A DNA stretch of 43,738 bases from Patescibacteria group bacterium (lineage in GTDB: Bacteria > Patescibacteriota > Gracilibacteria > Peribacterales > Peribacteraceae): NCBI GenBank assembly GCA_043819035.1, contig JBDRFD010000029.1, positions 1 to 43,738 on the forward strand, in the 5' to 3' direction. How positions within the stretch are numbered: position 1 is the first letter of the stretch; each line of letters opens with the position of its first letter. Of this stretch, positions 18,304-25,918 are shown piece by piece. The translations under genes and the position numbers were made by a program. Under the pieces are notes generated by a model. That model saw only the letters and a program-made list of their open reading frames with translations, did no database searches and was not told the origin of the DNA.

Positions 18304-18750
18304 TCAAACAAACAACTTCCCCAGCTCCTCCTTAAATTCTTCCACGTCCTTAAACTCCCGGTGCACAGACGCAAAACGGATGTACGCAACTTTGTCGATC
18401 TTCTTAAGCGCGCGCATCACATCCATACCGATAGTGGAACTGGCAACTTCTTTTTTGTTCGCTCCCCACTTCTCTTCGAGCTTCGAAAGAAGATTATCGA
18501 TCTTCTCTTTGGAAATCGGTCGCTTGGTGCACGCCACCCAAATCCCACGCTCAAGTTTAGACCTACTGTAAGGTTCCCGCGTTCCATCGCGCTTCACAAC
18601 GATCAATGAGCTCAACTCTTGCCGCTCGTAAGTTGTGAACCGGTGCGAGCACTTGGTGCACTCGCGGCGCCTCCTCACAGCCCTCCCATCCTCCGCGATG
18701 CGGGTATCAACGACCGAGGTATCCGAGGATCGGCAATGGGGGCAATGCAT
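18304..18750 (-). CDS. nrdR: Transcriptional repressor NrdR (zinc ribbon plus ATP-cone)
   Basis: MHCPHCRSSDTSVVDTR...RRRECTKCSHRFTTYE is the canonical NrdR zinc ribbon. The ATP-cone follows. Confidence 0.95.
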   Translation of the reverse strand: MHCPHCRSSDTSVVDTRIAEDGRAVRRRRECTKCSHRFTTYERQELSSLIVVKRDGTREPYSRSKLERGIWVACTKRPISKEKIDNLLSKLEEKWGANKKEVASSTIGMDVMRALKKIDKVAYIRFASVHREFKDVEEFKEELGKLFV

Positions 18751-18925
18751 ACGGCTACAGTAACACGTAGGTTGATATTTCTACACAATCGACTAAGAGA
18801 AAAGGGCAAAAAGAGAGAAAAGGGCAAAAAGGGACGGTAACGTTTCACAAAGCACCAAGTTTGTGCAATTCCTTTTTTTCCCTTTTTACCTTTTTTGCCC
18901 TTTTTTCCCATATACAATAGCCACC

Positions 18926-20686
18926 ATGCTCAGATCTCACACCTGCGGCGAACTCACCCAAAAGAACCTCAAAGAGGAAGTGACTCTCTGTGGCTGGGTC
19001 CACAGGCGTCGTGACCACGGAGGGCTGATTTTCATCGACCTGCGGGATCGCTACGGGTTTACCCAGATTGTAATCGACCCTGATAACAAAGGAATCTTCT
19101 CGGCCGCCGAGAAAGTCCGTTCTGAGTGGGTGCTGAAGATTACGGGCAGCGTTCGCAAAAGGCTGGAAGGCGCTGAGCGTGAAGATAATCCTACAGGGGA
19201 AATTGAAGTACTGGTTAAAGAGATTGAAGTATTAAACGAATCAAAGACTCCTCCATTCGAAATTGATCAGGAGAAAGAAATTAACGAAGAGTTGCGGCTG
19301 CAATACAGATACTTGGATATGCGTCGCGAGCGCATGCAAAAGAATTTGAGCCTTAGATCAAAAGTATTTCAGGTGATTAGAAAATACTTTATAGATCAAG
19401 GATGTTTGGAAGTTGATACACCCTGTCTTATTAAAGGAACTCCGGAGGGAGCGCGTGAGTATCTGGTTCCTTCCCGTATGTACCCCGGCACTTTCTTTGT
19501 ACTGCCCCAAAGCCCGCAACAACTTAAACAGCTCTGCATGGTTGGCGGTATGGATCGCTACTTCCAGTTGGCACGATGTTTTCGGGATGAAGATCTGCGC
19601 GGAGACAGGCAGCCGGAATTCATGCAACTGGACTTCGAAATGAGTTTTTGCGAACAGCAAGACGTTATGGGTATCATCCAGGGCTCTTTGGAATCAATTC
19701 TGAAAGAATGTGGCAAAAAGCCTCTCAAGGGCAAAAAAGTAGAAAGGTACACATGGCAGGAAGTTATGGACAAGTACGGATCGGATAAGCCTGATCTTCG
19801 TTACGACCTACCTATAACAGATGTTTCTGATATAAGTGATGGATGCGGATTCCAGGTATTCGAAGACTCGCTAAAAAACAACGGTACGGTCCGCGCACTT
19901 TGTGTTCCCGGAGGAGCAGAATTATCCCGAAGTGAAATTGATAAATGGACAGATCTTGTAAAAGAACAAAAGGCCAGGGGCCTTGCGTACATTCTCTTCA
20001 AAGAAGACGGCCCTCAGTCGCCGCTTATTAAATTCTTCGCAGATGGATACCTGGAAAAACTGCAAAAGGCCACAGGTGCAAAGGCTGGAGATGCTCTCTT
20101 CTTTGGCGCAGACAAATTCAAAGTCGTATGCGCGGCTCTCGGAAAAATAAGACAGGAGGTAGCTGTTCGTTTTTCTTTGATTGATGAGTCTGTCCACTCC
20201 ATGCTCTGGGTAACGGACTTCCCTCTCTGTGAAGAAGGTGAAGATGGTGGAATTACATTCTCACATCATCCTTTCACGCATCCTTGTTTGGATGAGTGGG
20301 AAAAACGGGATACTGATCCGCTTGGCATTCACGCGATTTGTTATGACCTGATTTTGGATGGCTATGAACTTGGCTCCGGATCCATCAGGATTCATGACCG
20401 CAAACTGCAATCCGAAGTTTTCGATCTGCTTGGCATATCAAAAGAAGATCAGCTAAAGCGCTTCGGACATATGCTAAAGGCCTTCGAATACGGCGCCCCT
20501 CCGCACGGAGGATTCGCGTACGGAATAGACCGTGTTGTGATGATTTTGGCAGGAGAACCAAACATCCGCGAGGTAACTCCGTTCCCCAAGGACCAGAAGG
20601 CTAAGGACTTGATGCTGAGCGCACCATCTGTCGTTCCTAAAAAACAACTCGATGAGCTGGGGATAAAAGTGGTGGAGGGGGAGTAG
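18926..20686 (+). CDS. aspS: Aspartate--tRNA ligase (bacterial type)
   Basis: MLRSHTCGELTQKNLKEEVTLCGWVHRRRDHGGLIFIDLRDRYG, plus class II motifs (FFVLPQSPQQLKQL, FRDEDLRGDRQPEF, GSGSIRIHD). I moved the start to 18926 because the upstream track codons fall in a palindromic repeat. Confidence 0.95.
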   Translation: MLRSHTCGELTQKNLKEEVTLCGWVHRRRDHGGLIFIDLRDRYGFTQIVIDPDNKGIFSAAEKVRSEWVLKITGSVRKRLEGAEREDNPTGEIEVLVKEIEVLNESKTPPFEIDQEKEINEELRLQYRYLDMRRERMQKNLSLRSKVFQVIRKYFIDQGCLEVDTPCLIKGTPEGAREYLVPSRMYPGTFFVLPQSPQQLKQLCMVGGMDRYFQLARCFRDEDLRGDRQPEFMQLDFEMSFCEQQDVMGIIQGSLESILKECGKKPLKGKKVERYTWQEVMDKYGSDKPDLRYDLPITDVSDISDGCGFQVFEDSLKNNGTVRALCVPGGAELSRSEIDKWTDLVKEQKARGLAYILFKEDGPQSPLIKFFADGYLEKLQKATGAKAGDALFFGADKFKVVCAALGKIRQEVAVRFSLIDESVHSMLWVTDFPLCEEGEDGGITFSHHPFTHPCLDEWEKRDTDPLGIHAICYDLILDGYELGSGSIRIHDRKLQSEVFDLLGISKEDQLKRFGHMLKAFEYGAPPHGGFAYGIDRVVMILAGEPNIREVTPFPKDQKAKDLMLSAPSVVPKKQLDELGIKVVEGE

Positions 20687-20703
20687 GCGTCCGAGCCACC
20701 ATT

Positions 20704-20820
20704 TGTCAGAATCACGGATTACACTGATTCAACGGATTTCACAGATATTCGTTAAAGTGTGGCATGCAATTTTTATAATCCGTGTAATCCGCTTAATCCA
20801 TTAAATCCGTGATTCTGACA
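20704..20820. repeat. Family A inverted-repeat element; probably also the aspS terminator
   Basis: TGTCAGAATCACGGATT (20704..20720) and AATCCGTGATTCTGACA (20804..20820) are a perfect 17-bp inverted repeat followed by TTTTT. TAATCCG-type units are tandemly repeated in the interior. Confidence 0.85.
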
Positions 20821-20894
20821 TTTTTCCCGCTAACTGCTAATCCCCCATATTTGGGACACTAGTGGCTATTCTGGCCTATTTGTGCTAGAATAGG

Positions 20895-21926
20895 ATGATG
20901 CCCAAAAAGAAACCCAAAAAGAAACCGGGCCGAAAAAATCTGAGCCCAAAAGCCGCCCGTAAAGCTTTTTTACAGAAGCAATTTATGCAGGCCCAGCAAC
21001 TTGTCTTCAAAGAAAAAGCTCGCCAGGAAGCTACTAAAGGGGAACACAAAGAGGAAAGGGCAGCTGGGGAAGAGCTCGCACAGGAGCAGCTCAGTGAGAG
21101 ACAGCTTGAGGAAGAAAAGCAAAAGAAGGGGCGTGAGGAATGGAAGAAGAAAGAAGAAAAGGAAAAGGAGCTCCTCGCAGAAATGAAACGCAAACAAGAA
21201 GAAGAGAAGAAAAACCGCCGGAAATTCAAAGAACATCTGCAGGAGGAAGAGAAAAAGAATAAGCAACTGATGGAAGATCTCGCCGCTTCGAATGCCATCC
21301 GAGATAAAATGGAACGCAGAAAGATGGAAGGAGCTAAACTGGAAAGAGATACCAGGGCAGAGGCGAAAAGTACCGAAAACCGCAAACAGAATGAAGCTGA
21401 GATGAACGCAAAGAGTAAGAAGAAACAACTGGAATTGGCTAACAGAAAGGTGCAGGGGAAAATAGATGAAGAAGAACGGAGCAAAACGTATGTACTGGAG
21501 GATGAAGCACGAAGGCAAAAGGCAAAGCTTGACAACCAAGAACGCAAAAAGAAATCTGATCTTAAGTTCGCCTATGAACGCAAGCGAGCTGAAACACAAC
21601 GATTCACGAATCCGTATCAACAAAAAAGCGAAGTTATGAAGATTGACCGTGGGGAGCAAAGTGAACTGAAAAAGATAGAGGCAGAAACGCGCAGGCAGCA
21701 ATCGGAAATTGATGCGAAAACCAAGAAGGCGATCTTCGATGTTCAAAAGGAAGCAAGCCACAAGCGCGGTCAGGCCGCCTCGGATGAGCGCGGGCAAATA
21801 ACGCAGATCGACCTGGAGAAGCGTGAGGCCAAACGCCTGGCAGAACTGGAGGCCTCGCAGAAAAAGGCCGGCATCCGCCGCAGGCAGATCAAGATTTTGC
21901 ACGGAGAAGAGGAAACGGATTCCTAA
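20895..21926 (+). CDS. Highly charged Lys/Glu/Arg-rich low-complexity protein (343 aa)
   Basis: The plus frame gives a coiled-coil-like K/E/R sequence. The antisense ORFs are F/L/S-rich shadows. The 3' end has a diverged second copy at 22659..22715 with mostly synonymous differences, which supports this reading frame. Confidence 0.6.
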   Translation: MMPKKKPKKKPGRKNLSPKAARKAFLQKQFMQAQQLVFKEKARQEATKGEHKEERAAGEELAQEQLSERQLEEEKQKKGREEWKKKEEKEKELLAEMKRKQEEEKKNRRKFKEHLQEEEKKNKQLMEDLAASNAIRDKMERRKMEGAKLERDTRAEAKSTENRKQNEAEMNAKSKKKQLELANRKVQGKIDEEERSKTYVLEDEARRQKAKLDNQERKKKSDLKFAYERKRAETQRFTNPYQQKSEVMKIDRGEQSELKKIEAETRRQQSEIDAKTKKAIFDVQKEASHKRGQAASDERGQITQIDLEKREAKRLAELEASQKKAGIRRRQIKILHGEEETDS

Positions 21927-21962
21927 TGCACCGAACCAGGATTGAGGAGCTCCACTTCGTCT

Positions 21963-22319
21963 TCAAGAGTCACCATCCATATCGTTAAGCATTATGGTGA
22001 TTACTTTTTTGAGAACAGGCAGGTCTTTTTTAACAGTATCCCATACTCTCTGAACATTTGTCGCAGAGTATTCGTGAATGAGAATGTTGCGCATACTAAT
22101 AGCTTCCTTCCAGGATATCTGCTTGTACTTCTTTCTTAAAAGAACCGGCAGTTTACTGGCGGCTTCTCCGATAATCGATATCTGACGAATGACAGCATCC
22201 TGAGTTTTATCATCTCTACAAAACAATCTCTTCCCTTCGGTTGTGTATTCCTCAATATGAACAATGGCATTCAGGATATCATCCAAATATACCCGAACAT
22301 CTTTCTGTTGCTTGGTCAT
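21963..22319 (-). CDS. hepT: HEPN-domain (DUF86) toxin of a HepT/MntA-type module
   Basis: The R-x4-H motif is MRNILIHEY. The size and the 4-bp overlap with the upstream nucleotidyltransferase gene fit. Confidence 0.85.
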   Translation of the reverse strand: MTKQQKDVRVYLDDILNAIVHIEEYTTEGKRLFCRDDKTQDAVIRQISIIGEAASKLPVLLRKKYKQISWKEAISMRNILIHEYSATNVQRVWDTVKKDLPVLKKVITIMLNDMDGDS

Positions 22320-22627
22320 AATGCTCGAGCATCGGAAAGAATGCGCCTGCGTAGCGCAGGCTTGATGCTATCATCCGGAATAACATCTATTTTCCTTTGC
22401 AGAGTTTCTTCCAAATCAATTTTTAGTCCTGCAAGATCAAATAGCGTACTCCCCTTTGGCATCTTCACCAGAAGATCCAGATCGCTGCCCTTGGTCTGTT
22501 CCCCGCGGGAAAAAGAGCCGAAGACACGTACATTGCGCACTCCATGTTTGCGCGCAATACGCAACACCGGTGCACGCAGTCGTGCCATATTAAATCTCGC
22601 CTTGTGCAATTTCTTCTGATTGCTCAT
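22316..22627 (-). CDS. mntA: Minimal nucleotidyltransferase (MNT) antitoxin
   Basis: VFGSFSRGEQTKGSDLDLLV contains the GS-x-RGE...DxD nucleotidyltransferase motif. Confidence 0.85.
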   Translation of the reverse strand: MSNQKKLHKARFNMARLRAPVLRIARKHGVRNVRVFGSFSRGEQTKGSDLDLLVKMPKGSTLFDLAGLKIDLEETLQRKIDVIPDDSIKPALRRRILSDARAL

Positions 22628-22729
22628 AGCCTTATTATATCAAAGAACTATAAGACATAGAAAAAGGCCGGTATCCGCCGCAGGCAGATCAGAATCTTGC
22701 ATGGAGAAGAGGAAGAGTAATACGGCTTC

Positions 22730-22758
22730 GCGGAAAATATGCCATAAGCGTTTTCCGC
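22730..22758 (+). terminator. Hairpin after the relic copy of the K/E-gene 3' end
   Basis: GCGGAAAA, a 13-nt loop, then TTTTCCGC, followed by TAATTATT. Confidence 0.4.
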
Positions 22759-22894
22759 TAATTATTGAACATATGTACGATTCCGCTATGCCGCTATTAC
22801 TGCATATTTCTAGAAGTAATTAGCGTTAATTTCTTAACGATCTATCAGCAGAATGCTAGGCACAATCCCTAAAGAGAATTAGACTAAACACTGT

Positions 22895-22981
22895 GCCCAG
22901 GTGGCGGAATTGGTAGACGCGCTAGCCTTAGGAGCTAGTGGGATTAATCCCGTGGAGGTTCGATTCCTCTCCTGGGCACCA
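22895..22981 (+). tRNA. tRNA-Leu (anticodon UAG), class II with a long variable arm, CCA encoded
   Basis: Hand-folded cloverleaf. Acceptor GCCCAGG/CCTGGGC. Anticodon stem CTAGC/GCTAG with loop CTTAGGA. Variable arm GGGAT-TA-ATCCC. T arm GGAGG-TTCGATT-CCTCT. Discriminator A followed by CCA. Confidence 0.93.
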
Positions 22982-23116
22982 GAATTGAATCACATCAAAT
23001 AGCCTATTAGAATTTGTCATCTCCGAAAGGAGCCGTCCGTAGCTCCAATTTGTCCTACATAACTTTGGCAACGGAGGAAGGAGCGAGGGAGGCTCCTGGG
23101 CACCAGAAGATATTTA

Positions 23117-25444
23117 TTAAGCAATGTTTAAGTCGTCTGGACTAATAGTATCCGTCATGCCAACACTAGGATCGAGGGGCTCTGCAGCAAAATTATCATC
23201 TGGATTAACTTTAAACCCATCCATGAATTCTTGTTCCGCAACCTTCGCAAAGTAACCATTGGAATCTTTCTCGGGATTAGAATGTATGTGTTTCTTCCCT
23301 ACGTCTACAGAGATGGCTGACTCGTCTATATATTCTGCATTCATCCCTCGAGCTTGAGCATGACCGATTAGTGTAACAAGCTCTTGTGGGTCTGCGCTTA
23401 ATCTAAGTTTCATTTCAATTCTCCCATTAACTGCTTTTACATCAACATTGTATTTCATTGCGTCTGTATTTTTTTGAACAGTTTCAGCACATTCATTAAT
23501 ATCAAATTCTTCTGCTGTTTCTGGTACTTTGTCTGTTTTTTCGGCTGGTGCTGCAGCCACTTCTGTCGATTCTTTCGTTGATTTTGGTTCTGGTGTAGGA
23601 ATTTCGACTGTTGGGCTTTTGTCTGATTCTGTTGCTGTTTCTTCGGGTGCTTCTGCCGTAGCCTCATTTGGTTTTTTGACCGGCTCTTTTTCCGGAGCCT
23701 CTGCAGCTGGTTCATCAATTATCTTCGCACCTTTTTCGTCCATTAATGTATGACTCCATGAGGTACCTTCGTATCCTGATCCTTTATTAGGCCCATATCC
23801 TTCCTGTGTCTTCCAGAAACCGTCTTCGCCTTTCTGCCAACGATACCCATCTGAATCTTCGCGCACTTGTCCTTCTGGTGCATCTTTTGCCGGATCAAGT
23901 GCAGTTGGCTCTTCTTCCGGAGCCTTTTCTATTTTGCCTTTCTTTCCCTTTTTCTTCTCTTCCTTTTTTGTTCTATTAGCCTCTAGTTTTTCCACAACAG
24001 ACTTAAGAGTCTGCATGAATACTTCTGGAGGATTGCTCACAACATTTTTTCCATTCACTTTTACTGCTTCATCTACGCCAAGTTCGGCTGCCAAATCGTT
24101 TAGAGCTTGTACTGCCTCACCAGAATTGAACTTGATCTTCACCCTCATCTTTCCCTCTTGGAATTCAACCTTACTTATTCCGTTTATCGCCTGACCCAGC
24201 CTTGGGTCAAGTTCATTTGCTCTACTCTTTAGCGTGTTAATAACTTGATTTAGCCCATCTGCTGTAGTTTTTAAAGCTTCTACTTCGCTCTTAAATTCTT
24301 CTACATCTTTTTTAATCTTTGCACTTCTATTCTCAAGCTTATCAATTTGTTTTTGATTGGTATTAATCTTGTCATCAATCTTATTAAGCTTTTTCTCCAG
24401 TCTTGCCTTAGTCCTCTCAAGTTTCTTTACCCTTTTTGGATCGTTGGCTGCCTCTGCAATCTCCTCTCCTATTACACTAATCTCCTCTGTAAGTTCTGTC
24501 TTCTTTGTACCTAGCTTTTCGTTCTTACGAGTAAGCTTCTTAACTTCTTTATCATTCTTCGCAATCTTTTTCTCCTTCATCTCTACAAATTCGTCTGGTG
24601 TCTTTGCTCCCAATTCTTCATATTCACTCTTTGGTTTCTTATTGCCCTTTTCGGCCCCCTCTTTGTCTTCACTCTCTTTACCATCCTTTGGATCCTCATC
24701 TGGCTTTTCGTCATTTTTATCAGCCGTGTATTGTGCTGCTTCTGGACTGTTGCCACTCATTTTATTAGCTAGCTCCATTATCTTTTCTATAAGGACGCCT
24801 AGAACTGCTATGGCACCTTCGATCCCTTTCGAAAAAGCCTCTGCTGGTGTGTTCTTAGGATCATTGGCTTCACTCATCTTTTCTATAGCAGTTTGCAATT
24901 CGCTCTTTATCTTTGGCACTTCCGCGCTCGCCTCCGGCGATGCATCATCCAATTCCCCTTTCGCCTTGTCTGCTGTTTCAAGCCCAGCATCTAATTTCTT
25001 TCGTGCTTGAGCAACGGTATCCACATTACTGTCCTTTAAATTATTTGCTTTTTCTGGTTCATTACCAATATCCATTTTTGGAGCTTCAACAGGGGGAATT
25101 GGTTTCAAATCTACACTTGGAATATCGGCGGGCACTGCGTCTGGCTCATCGACCCCTGTTAGTACTGGACTTGCATCTGGAAGGCCATCTTCCGCAGATG
25201 CATCTGGTACCGATTCTGCTCTGGCCATCGATGCAGCAAGCTCCGTTCCTATTTTTGTTTTTGCTTTTTTCTCTACGGCCTGTTCCATTTTGTCTTCATT
25301 TATTAAATCGCTAAGTTCCTCTGGATTGATATTTTCAGGTAACACATTCTCCGGCTTTTCTTTTGGCGTTAAAGATAACCTAATAAGACGATGCTCACGA
25401 GCATCCGCGCCAGAACCTGTTTGTATATGTTTATGCGTAAACAT
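23117..25444 (-). CDS. Large acidic coiled-coil protein (775 aa), no signal peptide, unknown function
   Basis: A 2.3-kb ORF. It has central K/E-rich heptad-like segments and Pro/Glu/Ala-rich linkers. The C-terminal ~130 aa look globular. Confidence 0.7.
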   Translation of the reverse strand: MFTHKHIQTGSGADAREHRLIRLSLTPKEKPENVLPENINPEELSDLINEDKMEQAVEKKAKTKIGTELAASMARAESVPDASAEDGLPDASPVLTGVDEPDAVPADIPSVDLKPIPPVEAPKMDIGNEPEKANNLKDSNVDTVAQARKKLDAGLETADKAKGELDDASPEASAEVPKIKSELQTAIEKMSEANDPKNTPAEAFSKGIEGAIAVLGVLIEKIMELANKMSGNSPEAAQYTADKNDEKPDEDPKDGKESEDKEGAEKGNKKPKSEYEELGAKTPDEFVEMKEKKIAKNDKEVKKLTRKNEKLGTKKTELTEEISVIGEEIAEAANDPKRVKKLERTKARLEKKLNKIDDKINTNQKQIDKLENRSAKIKKDVEEFKSEVEALKTTADGLNQVINTLKSRANELDPRLGQAINGISKVEFQEGKMRVKIKFNSGEAVQALNDLAAELGVDEAVKVNGKNVVSNPPEVFMQTLKSVVEKLEANRTKKEEKKKGKKGKIEKAPEEEPTALDPAKDAPEGQVREDSDGYRWQKGEDGFWKTQEGYGPNKGSGYEGTSWSHTLMDEKGAKIIDEPAAEAPEKEPVKKPNEATAEAPEETATESDKSPTVEIPTPEPKSTKESTEVAAAPAEKTDKVPETAEEFDINECAETVQKNTDAMKYNVDVKAVNGRIEMKLRLSADPQELVTLIGHAQARGMNAEYIDESAISVDVGKKHIHSNPEKDSNGYFAKVAEQEFMDGFKVNPDDNFAAEPLDPSVGMTDTISPDDLNIA

Positions 25445-25446
25445 GA

Positions 25447-25776
25447 TTAAAGGGAGGAAATTGTATTTTCTAGATTTGCTAGCTGTTGCCGTTCCTTCGC
25501 CTTGTTATTTATCTCCGCAGACACAAACGCTTCCTTGCGGTATGCACCAATTTTTTGGTTTAGATCGATCATATATAACCCAAAAGATTTCATAAAAGCT
25601 TTATAAGCATTCTTATATCTTTCCGCACGTTCTTTGCGCTGCTCGGGCGTCTCCCCCTTATACTTCTCTTCTAAAAGTGGAACCTGAGACGAAACAAGCT
25701 CAGGTTCTATTCTCTCCATTAAGGAGTCGTAGAGCTCGTTCGTGCTTGGCACAATAGGAGGAGTGGGGTTTGTCAT
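25447..25776 (-). CDS. Small helical hypothetical protein (109 aa), apparently translationally coupled to the 775-aa gene
   Basis: Its stop lies 2 nt before the downstream ATG at 25444. Confidence 0.55.
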   Translation of the reverse strand: MTNPTPPIVPSTNELYDSLMERIEPELVSSQVPLLEEKYKGETPEQRKERAERYKNAYKAFMKSFGLYMIDLNQKIGAYRKEAFVSAEINNKAKERQQLANLENTISSL

Positions 25777-25865
25777 ATAGATGTTTATTTCCTCTATATT
25801 CTACCATATTTCACTCGATTCTTCAATCGGCGATTGTACGCTTCTATAAGCCCCTGGCTGGCGAA

Positions 25866-25918
25866 GGATAAACAGAAAAAAGAAGAAAAACAGGATTTGT
25901 CATGCTTAATCCTGTTTT
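25866..25918 (-). terminator. Rho-independent terminator of mfd; the stop codon sits inside the hairpin
   Basis: On the minus strand, AAAACAGGATT, a loop, then AATCCTGTTTT, followed by CTTCTTTTTTCTGTTT. The mfd TAA (25906..25908) lies at the loop/arm junction. Confidence 0.6.

Noticed and set aside
20885-21902. 220-aa and 310-aa minus-strand ORFs opposite the K/E-rich gene, and 24357..25010 (+) opposite the coiled-coil gene
   Set aside because: They are low-complexity F/L/S-rich mirror images of purine-rich coding strands. The relic 3'-end copy at 22659..22715 shows synonymous-type divergence in the plus frame.
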